A stretch of DNA of 42,038 bases from an uncultured archaeon (lineage in GTDB: Archaea; Nanobdellota; Nanobdellia; Pacearchaeales; GW2011-AR1). Each line of letters opens with the position of its first letter. Position 1 is the stretch's first letter. A program made the translations under genes and the position numbers. Under the pieces are notes generated by a model. The model had not been told where the DNA came from. It worked only from the letters and a program-made list of their open reading frames with translations, and ran no database searches. This document shows, piece by piece, positions 1 to 8,682 of the stretch. Location: the NCBI GenBank assembly GCA_903873955.1, contig CAIQQL010000131.1:1-42038 (forward strand). The letters run 5' to 3'.

Positions 1-446
1 AACTTGTATTTTCTTACACCTTTATCCTTGAGTATCTTCTTGATGTCTTTTGCATCAATTACTGGATCCTTGGTGTTTTGTATAAAAACACTCGGGGTAG
101 AAAAGTTTTCTATCCATTCTTCAAGAGGAATTCTATTCTCTCTTGCCCAATATACTGGCAGGCTTATGATCAGACATTTTCTAGGAGCAATCCTCTCTTC
201 TTTTATCCCTTTGATAGTGAGGAGCGCACCTGTTGAGCGTCCTAAAATAATATACTCTTTTTTATTTTTCAATTCTTTTGCGAGCAAGTCTAATTCCAGA
301 TCAAGGTCAATCATCCCTCTGCCCGTTTTCCAATGCTCATACTCGTGTATCAATGTCGAAGAAAAGAGCGGGCGCATCTCGCGCTCAACTGTCTCAATCC
401 ATGCTTTGTTATGTAGGCTGTTTCCAGCAAGTAAGATCAATTCCAT
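1..446 (-). CDS. Alpha/beta-hydrolase fold protein (runs off window start); paralogue of 471..1013
   Basis: Not in ORF track because no stop lies in the window. Manual translation from ATG at 446: MELILLAGNSLHNKAWIETVEREMRPLFSSTLIHEYEHWKTG...IILGRSTGALL...FIQNTKDP, with a G-x-S-x-G nucleophile elbow (GRSTG). Confidence 0.8.
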   Translation of the reverse strand, partial: MELILLAGNSLHNKAWIETVEREMRPLFSSTLIHEYEHWKTGRGMIDLDLELDLLAKELKNKKEYIILGRSTGALLTIKGIKEERIAPRKCLIISLPVYWARENRIPLEEWIENFSTPSVFIQNTKDPVIDAKDIKKILKDKGVRKYK

Positions 447-954
447 ATACTCCCTAAGACTCCTCTCTTTTTAATGGTTCTGCTTTTTTCTAAGAAGCTT
501 TTTCATAATCTTTTTTAATTTTATTATGTCTGGATAATTGTTGTCCTCTCCTTCGAAGGTAATCACTTTTTTCTTTTTCACTTCTTGCGCTTTCAAGAGT
601 TCTTTGAGGTCATGAGCACTCAATGAGGGGTCGTGCTTATTTTGTATAAACACAGTCTGTAATGCATAAGCTTCCAGGTATTTTTCTAAAATAGCATTAT
701 TATCATTAGATTCTATCGCAGGGATTTCACAAAACATGCACTTTGCCGGGTAAATCTTTCTCTCCTTTATTCCCTTCAGGCAAAGAATCGCCCCTATTGC
801 CCTGGCAAAAAGAACATATTTTTTCTCCTTTCTTAATTCGTGAGACAGGACCTTTAGCTCTAGATCAAGGTCAATCATGCCACTGCCGTTTTTCCAATGC
901 TCATACTCGTGTATCAATGTCGAAGAAAAGAGCGGGCGCATCTCGCGCTCAACT
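326..954. repeat. 65-bp identical direct repeat (326-390 and 890-954) inside the two hydrolase paralogues
   Basis: ttttccaatgctcatactcgtgtatcaatgtcgaagaaaagagcgggcgcatctcgcgctcaact occurs at both positions. Confidence 0.95.
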
Positions 955-1013
955 TGTTTTATCCAGGCTTTGTTATGTATGCTATTGCCGGCAAGTAAGA
1001 CCAGCTTCATCAA
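471..1013 (-). CDS. Alpha/beta-hydrolase fold protein, nucleophile Ser apparently replaced
   Basis: Colinear with 1..446 paralogue; elbow reads ARAIG instead of GRSTG; FIQNKHDP retained. Confidence 0.8.
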   Translation of the reverse strand: MMKLVLLAGNSIHNKAWIKQVEREMRPLFSSTLIHEYEHWKNGSGMIDLDLELKVLSHELRKEKKYVLFARAIGAILCLKGIKERKIYPAKCMFCEIPAIESNDNNAILEKYLEAYALQTVFIQNKHDPSLSAHDLKELLKAQEVKKKKVITFEGEDNNYPDIIKLKKIMKKLLRKKQNH

Positions 1014-1051
1014 TATCTGGAGGGTCTTGGTCTATATATTTTTTATGTTTT

Positions 1052-2611
1052 TCACGCCTTTGCAATCTTTCCCCTATCCAGAAAACTATCTAGAGATGGG
1101 TTCTTTTTTTCCTCTGCAAGCTGAGATTTTATCTGCTCCAACGTCTTATACATCTTGCGCTCTCTTGCCCCTGAAACATAATGGGAGATTTCATCTTTAG
1201 TGCCTTTGGTGACCAAGATTATCAACTTACCCTTTACGACCCTTGCAGTTCGTCCAGCCCTCTGAATCTTCCTGATTGCGGAAGGGATAGGTTCATAGAA
1301 AAGCACGGCATTGACCTCTGGGATGTCCAATCCCTCCTCTCCAATCGATGTAGCGCACAGGACGTTAATCGCCCCCTCCTTAAACTGGCTAATAACCTCT
1401 TTCTGCTCTTTTTGTGAGAGGCCGGTTTCTTTCTTTTTTGCCTGGCCGACAAACATCGCCGAACGAACTCCCTGAATCTGATTTAACCTGCGGGTTATGC
1501 TTGCAGAAGTTTCACGAAACTGTGAAAAAATCATAATCTTTGCCAGCGGATTATCTGTCATTTCTTTACTGATAATCTTTGCAGTCTCCTCAATCTTGGG
1601 ATGTTCCATGCCTTTGCCCAAGACCTTGTCCAAGGAGATCCTTGCCGCCTGGAACTCAGGCATAGCCACAAGCTTCTGCACTCCTCTGCTTTTTTTCTCA
1701 TTGGCCTGCTGCACCAATCCTTCCAGGTAATCTTTCAATCCCGATAAGGTCTGTGTCTCGAGCAGTTCTTGGGCATGGCTGATCTTTATTGCCTGTGCCG
1801 TAAGGGACATTCCTCTCATCGCATTGAAGTCGTTGCCTTGCGCCTGGGATGCAAGGCGGTTTTGCAGCATCAGCAAGGTTATCTTATTTGCTGGACCTTG
1901 CAATAATCCTCGTTTCTTTAACTGATCGACCTGGGCATCAAATATCCGTCTAAGCAGTATTTTCATCTCGATGAACTCGGTAGGGAACTTCACCTCAACT
2001 TTCTCAAATTCTCTCTCCTGCAGATAAGGTTTGACATCAGAGGATTCCCTACTACGGATCTCGATCTCCTCCACGTCAAGATGTCTGCAGATTTCCCGCA
2101 CCAATGCCGGATCTGAGCCGGGTGAGGCTGTCAGTCCTATGATGCGCTGGTTTCTTGCCTGCCGTTTGTAAAAATCAACCACTTTTGTGTAATCATAATT
2201 CTTCAGACATCTATGGGCCTCGTCAAAGATAATCAACGAAACCTCCTCCAGATTGTACAATCCTTTCACCAGATCGTTTCCGATACATTGCGGTGTTGAA
2301 AAGATTATCTCTGCAGTCTGGAAAATCTTCTTTCTTTTTATCGCAGGTACCTCTCCGGTGAACAGTTGACGGTCAGCATACAACTCAGAGAGGTGCTTTT
2401 GGAAGTATTCATAATGCTGCTCAGCAAGAGGTCTTGTTGGCGCAAGAAAAAGGACTTTGCTTGGTGCAAAAGCTTTCAGTCTTTCTACGGTGATGAGCAG
2501 GGCAATCAGTGTCTTTCCGAGCCCGGTCGGAAGCACCACCAGGGTATTGCGGTCTTTGGCCGTCTCAAAGATCTTTTGCTGGTATTGTCTGGGAGAGATG
2601 TCAATGAGCAT
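1052..2611 (-). CDS. hef: Hef/FANCM(Mph1)-like SF2 DEAH helicase, no C-terminal nuclease domain
   Basis: LPTGLGKT (motif I), LAPTRPL, DEAH, GLTASPG, ATSIGEEGLDIP, QRAGRTAR; start taken at MLIDISPR (2611). Confidence 0.9.
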   Translation of the reverse strand: MLIDISPRQYQQKIFETAKDRNTLVVLPTGLGKTLIALLITVERLKAFAPSKVLFLAPTRPLAEQHYEYFQKHLSELYADRQLFTGEVPAIKRKKIFQTAEIIFSTPQCIGNDLVKGLYNLEEVSLIIFDEAHRCLKNYDYTKVVDFYKRQARNQRIIGLTASPGSDPALVREICRHLDVEEIEIRSRESSDVKPYLQEREFEKVEVKFPTEFIEMKILLRRIFDAQVDQLKKRGLLQGPANKITLLMLQNRLASQAQGNDFNAMRGMSLTAQAIKISHAQELLETQTLSGLKDYLEGLVQQANEKKSRGVQKLVAMPEFQAARISLDKVLGKGMEHPKIEETAKIISKEMTDNPLAKIMIFSQFRETSASITRRLNQIQGVRSAMFVGQAKKKETGLSQKEQKEVISQFKEGAINVLCATSIGEEGLDIPEVNAVLFYEPIPSAIRKIQRAGRTARVVKGKLIILVTKGTKDEISHYVSGARERKMYKTLEQIKSQLAEEKKNPSLDSFLDRGKIAKA

Positions 2612-2740
2612 GTATCTTAGAAGTTTGCATAAGATTTTAAATTGTCCTTTTTTCAATTCAATTCGCTTCCTTTTTTTCTTTCTCTCTCCCCTAAACTGTG
2701 AAATTTCCCTTTTTTTCCTGAACTTTTTAGTATAGAAAGC

Positions 2741-2747
2741 TTTAAAA
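2741..2747 (+). promoter_or_regulatory. Archaeal TATA box for 2770 gene
   Basis: gaaagc-tttaaaa ~25 nt upstream of ATG 2770. Confidence 0.5.
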
Positions 2748-2769
2748 TCCTAAAGTTCGTTTAATCTTC

Positions 2770-5700
2770 ATGGGTTCTTATAGGAGAATGCTTGCAACAG
2801 GGTGGTTTCTTTTAGCATTTGCAATGGCTCTTTTTTCCTCTTTTTCAGGCGGAGCCGCGGAAAATAACGAACAAGCGGATTTTAACCTAACAACTCTCAA
2901 TTGTATTTCCTCTTACACCTTTGATCATTCTATTAATTTCTGCTCGGTCGCAAACGAGAATCTTACGGGATATTATTGGAAGGAGATAAACAACTGCACT
3001 AATGATACTTTTAACTATACTTCTGGTGTTGGTTTCCCCTGCACCACTCCTACAACTCCTATCTGTGTACCTCGCTGGGGTTGTGTTGGTAATGGGTCGG
3101 ATGGAATTTGCAGGCTTGAAAAAGGGAGCAGAGAATATATGCGCTGCGGCTCACCCATTGACTTCAATAACTGTTATGCCATCAGCCATAATACTTCTGA
3201 CATCTATCATGGAGACTATACTGATCTGCTTCCCTTCCCTTGCGACTATTGTATCCCGAACTGGACTGCTCCGGTCAGCGCTTGTTTCTCCAATAATATT
3301 GCAACCTTCAATTTTACTGATGCTAATGGCTGCTATGCCAAAACTCTGCTTGCGTCTGACCTTATCGGCGAGGTACAAACCGGCAGTTGTGATTATTGCG
3401 TTCCTTCTTGGCAATGCACAAGTTATAATGCCTGTCAAGCCAGTGGTTATCAAACCTGTAAAACCGTCACGGACACCAATAGCTGCTTTGCAAAAACCGG
3501 ACAATTGAATGACCAGTTTCCAGGGAACTATGAATCTTTGCCAAGACAAAGTTGTGAGTATGACACCTGCTCTCCTAGCTGGACAGAACAAAAGTCCATA
3601 TGCCGAGCGGACAGCACTACCATTTCCTGGTTCAATGATTCCAATGACTGCTATGGAAAAACCGGGCTTTCTAAATATCTCGATATGAGGCCAGCCAATG
3701 TAACTTCTGCTTGCACGTATCTTCCTGCAGGTCCTATAAAAGTCACCAGCGGGTGTGTCGTGCCTAGTGATGGGATGGTGATTACCCAAGATACGACTCT
3801 CTGTCAGGGTTACTTTACTTCTATTCACCGCGGCATCAAGTTTGGAGCAGACCACATCACTCTTGATTGCAACGGGGCTTATCTTGATGGTGGATTGCCT
3901 TACCCTGCAAGTACATCTAATATCAATCTTTTAGACTATGGGTACCCTATGTACTATGGGCTTATCGATACTAACTCCCGAATTGATGTCACCATTAAAA
4001 ACTGTAATCTTCTTGGGCATATCAATGGTATCCTCTCCGCAAATACTAATAGCCCTTTCCCTATCAAAATTATCAACAATACTATCAAATGGAATACCTA
4101 TGGCATCAATGCGAAAGGCAATCAACTTATTTCCGGCAATACTATTGTAGATAATGCTCAAGCGGGAATCTATGCGATTCTCGCTAATAGCTCAGATTAT
4201 CACATCAACCAAAATAATATCTTCCATAACGGAAATTATATGATATATATCTATGGACAGAATCTTAATTATAACACTTTAGGGGGCTCAAATATTGATG
4301 CTACGAATAACTGGTGGAGCTTGAATTATCCAGTGGTTGCACAATCTATTTTAGGTACGGTAACTTATCTTCCTCTTTCTCCTACCTCTTTTGCTGCTAA
4401 TCCCGACTTCTGCTTGCCTTTATGGGTCAATGACACGAACTGGTCTGCCTGCGACGATTTCGGATTTAAGTACCAGACTTGGAGAGACGCGCGTTCTTGC
4501 GGAAATCTGTCAACGCAACCTGCGATGAAGAAGGCTTCGTGCAGTTCTTTTCCTGTAACTATTACTTCGCCTTATAATAAAGAAATGGTTACTTCTTCAG
4601 GTCTTAGCATCCAGATATTCAAACCCTCGGATACGAGTTGCATTGCTTCTATCTCTTCCTGTTCTGCAACCGATGTCTGTCAGAAAGTGACTCCTCTTTT
4701 ATATTATAATGATTCTTATTCCGGTCCAGGCACGGTCAGTTGGGCCAACTGGGTAATCTTTAACCAACTTCCTGAGAATATTAATGGAAGTTATTATCTT
4801 GCTAGTGTGCGATGCGTGAACCTCTCCAAGGCTGATGCAACCAGTGTCGTCACATCCATCTTTTATGTTGATGCAACCGCTTCTACATTCCTCGCTCAAG
4901 CTCCATTCAATGGTACGCTCGTCCATCCTGATGTGCAGCAACTCTTTAGTATCAATTACAGCGAGCTTAATTTAGACAGCATAACTTTGCATCTTGGAAG
5001 AGTCTACCCAGGATATACAGTTCCCTTTGACTTGACCTTAACCAATTGTCCTAGCGGCATTAATCAAACCTGCTCCGCTTTGATTGATTTATCCCTTGAA
5101 TCTGAGGGAGTTGCTTTGTCTTATTATTTTACTCTTCTTGACAAGGCAGGAAATAGTCTTGATACTCCTACTTATCAACTATCTGTCAGTGAGTGCCTTG
5201 CACGGTGGGCGCCGATGGACAGCTGTTATCCTGATGAGAGTATCTTCAGAACCTATTCTGATGCAAATTCGTGTTTTGTTAAGCATGGGTATTATGCTAA
5301 ACCTTGGGCATACGGACCAAACCTCAGTGTTTCTGCAGTATATTTCCCTGCAGGCACTGTCCGAGATTATTATTTTAGTGCGTTATCTGGAAATATTACT
5401 CTTAATCAGCTCATTAGCGCATTCACTCCTACCTTTTCAGATATTAACCTGCGTCCTACAGAAATTCTTTTCTTCGCAAACAGTTCTGCTTTGATAACTT
5501 CCAACTCGACTTATTCTTACTGGACGATTACTGGTTTCACAGGTTGGCACAGAGTAGATCGAAACGATGTTCTCTTTAATGACGTCAATGGAGATGCCCC
5601 TATAGTCACTCCTTATTTTGTCATCCGTCAAAACATAGGTTCTTTACCCCGCTCTTTAACTTTGCCTGCAGGAGTGTTATACTATGGCTCCACTGAAAAG

Positions 5701-6657
5701 AATTCTACTGCATTATTTGGCAAACCTCAAGATGTTTTTGTGCCTTATAGCTGTGATGCAAATGGAGATGGTTTTATTGGTAATCTTAATTTAGTAAACA
5801 CTAATTTGAATCTGACTTACACTCGATACGCGAATAGCATGGAATTTAGAGATGCAGGAAAACTTTTTCTGGAATTCGGCTTTAACTTCCTACTTGTACC
5901 CTTTAATTTCGCATCATTATATCTTGAAAAGCAACAGTCTGGTAGCAGCGCAGCTTATCTGATAGTTCGCGGACTGAATCTTAGTGTACAAGGAACGAAT
6001 AAGACTGTCTACATGGATCGTATTCTTGCAGGAACAGGTGTGTGCATAAAGGATGCTGAGATTTTGAACATAAGTGAAATTTCTTCAACATGCACAGGCA
6101 CTAACGAGGTTGGTGTAAGATGCCCTGGCTCTAAAGGTAATTATACTTGTAATCTGGTTGATAGTGATACTCGCTATCAAATAACTGGACTAAGCCACTC
6201 AGGCGTCAAAGAGCTCTCTGCTTTTTGCGGTGATGGCGTCTGCAACAATGGTGAATCCTGTTCAAGCTGTTCTTCAGACTGTGGAGGTTGCGGCGGAGGC
6301 GGTGGTGGAGGTGGAGGCGGCGGAGGCAGTTCGGGTGGCGGATCAGGTTCAGGAAGCATCATGCTCCAAAGCAATTCCTTGAATTTGACGGATCATGCTA
6401 ACAAGACTACAAATGTTTCATCCGTTCAAGGGCAGTCCCTCAATAACTCCACTCCTGTAAAAGTTGTCAATGTCTCTGTCCAGAGCCAGAATGCCTCTCA
6501 TCCTGTCACAGGATTTTCTATCTTGGAAAACAGTTCCTATCTAACCGGAGGAGTCATTGTTCTTGGAATACTTATCGTGCTCGGGTTAGTCTGGAAATAC
6601 ACTTCTAGAAAAAAAGATGTCGCTGTACCAGCTTCCTCTTTGGCACCTTCGCAATAA
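2770..6657 (+). CDS. Large Cys-rich cell-surface protein: signal peptide, repeated C-x-P-x-W...D-x-N-x-C modules, beta-helix (NosD/pectin lyase-like) region, CGDG-x-C module, poly-Gly linker, C-terminal TM anchor
   Basis: N-terminal hydrophobic signal; ITLDCNG/VTIKNC/IINNTI/ISGNTI/INQNNI/DATNNWW beta-helix motifs; many N-x-S/T sequons; C-terminal GVIVLGILIVLGLVW followed by KYTSRKK. Confidence 0.85.
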   Translation: MGSYRRMLATGWFLLAFAMALFSSFSGGAAENNEQADFNLTTLNCISSYTFDHSINFCSVANENLTGYYWKEINNCTNDTFNYTSGVGFPCTTPTTPICVPRWGCVGNGSDGICRLEKGSREYMRCGSPIDFNNCYAISHNTSDIYHGDYTDLLPFPCDYCIPNWTAPVSACFSNNIATFNFTDANGCYAKTLLASDLIGEVQTGSCDYCVPSWQCTSYNACQASGYQTCKTVTDTNSCFAKTGQLNDQFPGNYESLPRQSCEYDTCSPSWTEQKSICRADSTTISWFNDSNDCYGKTGLSKYLDMRPANVTSACTYLPAGPIKVTSGCVVPSDGMVITQDTTLCQGYFTSIHRGIKFGADHITLDCNGAYLDGGLPYPASTSNINLLDYGYPMYYGLIDTNSRIDVTIKNCNLLGHINGILSANTNSPFPIKIINNTIKWNTYGINAKGNQLISGNTIVDNAQAGIYAILANSSDYHINQNNIFHNGNYMIYIYGQNLNYNTLGGSNIDATNNWWSLNYPVVAQSILGTVTYLPLSPTSFAANPDFCLPLWVNDTNWSACDDFGFKYQTWRDARSCGNLSTQPAMKKASCSSFPVTITSPYNKEMVTSSGLSIQIFKPSDTSCIASISSCSATDVCQKVTPLLYYNDSYSGPGTVSWANWVIFNQLPENINGSYYLASVRCVNLSKADATSVVTSIFYVDATASTFLAQAPFNGTLVHPDVQQLFSINYSELNLDSITLHLGRVYPGYTVPFDLTLTNCPSGINQTCSALIDLSLESEGVALSYYFTLLDKAGNSLDTPTYQLSVSECLARWAPMDSCYPDESIFRTYSDANSCFVKHGYYAKPWAYGPNLSVSAVYFPAGTVRDYYFSALSGNITLNQLISAFTPTFSDINLRPTEILFFANSSALITSNSTYSYWTITGFTGWHRVDRNDVLFNDVNGDAPIVTPYFVIRQNIGSLPRSLTLPAGVLYYGSTEKNSTALFGKPQDVFVPYSCDANGDGFIGNLNLVNTNLNLTYTRYANSMEFRDAGKLFLEFGFNFLLVPFNFASLYLEKQQSGSSAAYLIVRGLNLSVQGTNKTVYMDRILAGTGVCIKDAEILNISEISSTCTGTNEVGVRCPGSKGNYTCNLVDSDTRYQITGLSHSGVKELSAFCGDGVCNNGESCSSCSSDCGGCGGGGGGGGGGGGSSGGGSGSGSIMLQSNSLNLTDHANKTTNVSSVQGQSLNNSTPVKVVNVSVQSQNASHPVTGFSILENSSYLTGGVIVLGILIVLGLVWKYTSRKKDVAVPASSLAPSQ

Positions 6658-6683
6658 AAACCGAACTGCCCTATTTCCAGACC

Positions 6684-7331
6684 TTACATCGTATTGGCCA
6701 AGATGAGCAAAGCATAGAATGTGAACAACAAGGTGATACATGCCAGAATTGCCCAAAGAACTCTTGAACCAAACAGGATCTGTGTCCCGTCCAATTTTGA
6801 AAGCGGGATCATATTCACGAAGGCATAGGCTGTGGCCAATAATGCATAAGGCTCAAGACTGTATGTATAGAACACAATCGTCAGGATAAGCACACCTAAA
6901 ATCCCTGCAGCACCTATCAACCCGTTATGCCATTCTGTCATTTCACTATGGCTATAATATCCGAATCTACGTGCTGCCCTGCGCAAGAGCGGACGAGATT
7001 CATATGTGAGCAGAGTTGGTGCCTTAAGCAGGCCCAGAGAAAAGAAACTAATTGCAAGAGGAGCAATTATGCCTGTGGGGACCGGATCTTTGAAATGTTC
7101 ATGCGGTTTGAATCCATAACGATCCACTTTCCAGATCTCATGTTCGACATCTGCGTCCAGCAGTCGTGCCATGATCTTTCGACAACCAACGGCTGCCAGA
7201 AGTATTATTGCGGTAAAAATCATGATCTCCGGAATGGCATCCCATTTTCCTGCGAGAGCCGCCCCAAAACCTGTGAGGGCAATAAATACCAACCATGCAA
7301 CAAAGATGTGTACCCCCTCCTCTTTTTTCAT
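6684..7331 (-). CDS. Site-2 protease (M50)-like membrane protein lacking HEXXH
   Basis: Multiple TMs; GLIGAAG and NMIPLSKLDG (N-x-x-P-x4-DG) motifs; start reassigned to MKKEEG at 7331. Confidence 0.7.
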   Translation of the reverse strand: MKKEEGVHIFVAWLVFIALTGFGAALAGKWDAIPEIMIFTAIILLAAVGCRKIMARLLDADVEHEIWKVDRYGFKPHEHFKDPVPTGIIAPLAISFFSLGLLKAPTLLTYESRPLLRRAARRFGYYSHSEMTEWHNGLIGAAGILGVLILTIVFYTYSLEPYALLATAYAFVNMIPLSKLDGTQILFGSRVLWAILACITLLFTFYALLILANTM

Positions 7332-7470
7332 CCTTCTTTTTATCTTCTGGTTTATATAAAGATTATGTTCCTTCTCTCGTTTTCTCTTCGACATTTCCCC
7401 TATTTTTTTCAATCGAATATAGCAATTCCAAAAACATAAAATATAAATACTGCCCCTGTGACTTTACATC

Positions 7471-7785
7471 ATGTTGAAAGTAAAAAATATAAGCGAGGTG
7501 CTTGGAAAGAGAGTGTTTACGTCCGAAGGAGACATGTTCGGTTCGATTGAAGAAGTAAACCTTGTTGATAACCGCATCGATGGCTGGAAAATCCGCATCA
7601 GCACAGGATTTGCTGGAACGCTGGGCGGGGCACGAGGAGTGGTTATACCACATCAATTCGTGAAGTCCATTGGTGATGTTTTTATAATCAATAAGGCAAT
7701 GCTTCCATCGATACGTGAAGACTCTTTTGATAGTCTCCCACAAGGGGAGCTTTCTGGCGCCGAAGGCGAAGAAGACGTTATTTAA
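7471..7785 (+). CDS. PRC-barrel domain protein (possibly CdpB-like)
   Basis: LGKRVFTSEGDMFGSIEEV...IPHQFVKSIGDVFII PRC-barrel pattern; acidic tail. Confidence 0.8.
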   Translation: MLKVKNISEVLGKRVFTSEGDMFGSIEEVNLVDNRIDGWKIRISTGFAGTLGGARGVVIPHQFVKSIGDVFIINKAMLPSIREDSFDSLPQGELSGAEGEEDVI

Positions 7786-8148
7786 CTCTCCTCTTCCTCT
7801 CTTTTGTGAGAACTAGTGCTGGGTTCGGGCTTAGGTTAGCCTGGTTTCTTATTCCTAGAGAGCATATTCTGTCCTTGCCCTCAGAACTTAAATCTTAATT
7901 TTATCTCCTTTGTCTTGCTGGCTCTTTATCCATTAGCGCTCTTTCCATGCTTTGCCTTCGCCAGGAGTACTCCCTTTCCAAAAATCTATATCCCCTTACT
8001 TCAATAAACAATCCTTTTTTTTGTTTTTGGCTCATTTCTATATTTTATCATTAGTTGACCTGCCGGGGCCTCCCCTAAAATCCCCTCTTAAGAACCTCCT
8101 TTTTACCCATTCATTTTATTGTTCATGCAATTTTTTCTTCTCGAAGGG

Positions 8149-8156
8149 TTTAAATA
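8149..8156 (+). promoter_or_regulatory. BRE/TATA box for probably leaderless 8178 gene
   Basis: cgaaggg-tttaaata centred ~26 nt upstream of ATG 8178. Confidence 0.55.
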
Positions 8157-8177
8157 TTTCGCCTTATAATTGTACTC

Positions 8178-8657
8178 ATGGCGGATGTGTACACGACAAT
8201 TTTTTCAAGCGCAATATCCCAAACAGTATTGGTCTTTCTTTTGGTTTTTGCCCTTGTCTTCGCGGTTCTCCAGAAGTCAAAAATCCTCGGGGATAACAAA
8301 CGACAGATTGATTCCATTGTCGCCTTGGTCATTGCTCTGCTTACCACTTCGGTAGGCTATGCGCTCCATCTTATCGCCGGTCTTGCACCTTTTCTGGCAG
8401 TAAGCCTGGTCATCGTTCTGGTATTTCTTCTCCTAGTCGGCGTGTTTGCAAAGGGTGCCTTTGAAATGCCTGAAAGCCTACGTATCACCTTTGGAGTTGT
8501 AGCCTTCCTTGCGGTCGTTGCTGCAGTACTCTATCTTCTAGGAGTATTTGACAACTTTGACTCCCTGATGACCAACTATTCCTCGATTATCGGTAACGCC
8601 GTCTTGATCGGCGCAATTGTCGTTGTTATCGTCATCGCCTGGCGTAAAGAGAGTTAG
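8178..8657 (+). CDS. 5-TM membrane protein, paralogue 1 of 3
   Basis: FLLVFALVFAVLQKSKILGDNK motif shared with 10701 and 11206 genes. Confidence 0.85.
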   Translation: MADVYTTIFSSAISQTVLVFLLVFALVFAVLQKSKILGDNKRQIDSIVALVIALLTTSVGYALHLIAGLAPFLAVSLVIVLVFLLLVGVFAKGAFEMPESLRITFGVVAFLAVVAAVLYLLGVFDNFDSLMTNYSSIIGNAVLIGAIVVVIVIAWRKES

Positions 8658-8682
8658 TAACCTTTTTTAAGAGGCTTTCTTC

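Noticed and set aside
4-474. 156-aa + strand ORF in the track
   Set aside because: Antisense shadow of the minus-strand hydrolase 1..446, which has a clear paralogue and motif
326-954. Repeat pair as DGR template/variable repeat or CRISPR
   Set aside because: The copies are identical rather than adenine-variable, both lie in coding paralogues, and no reverse transcriptase or cas gene is in the window
6292-6354. GGN-rich low-complexity tract as a DNA repeat element
   Set aside because: Encodes the poly-Gly linker with mixed codons; the antisense poly-Pro ORF 6177..6374 is its shadow
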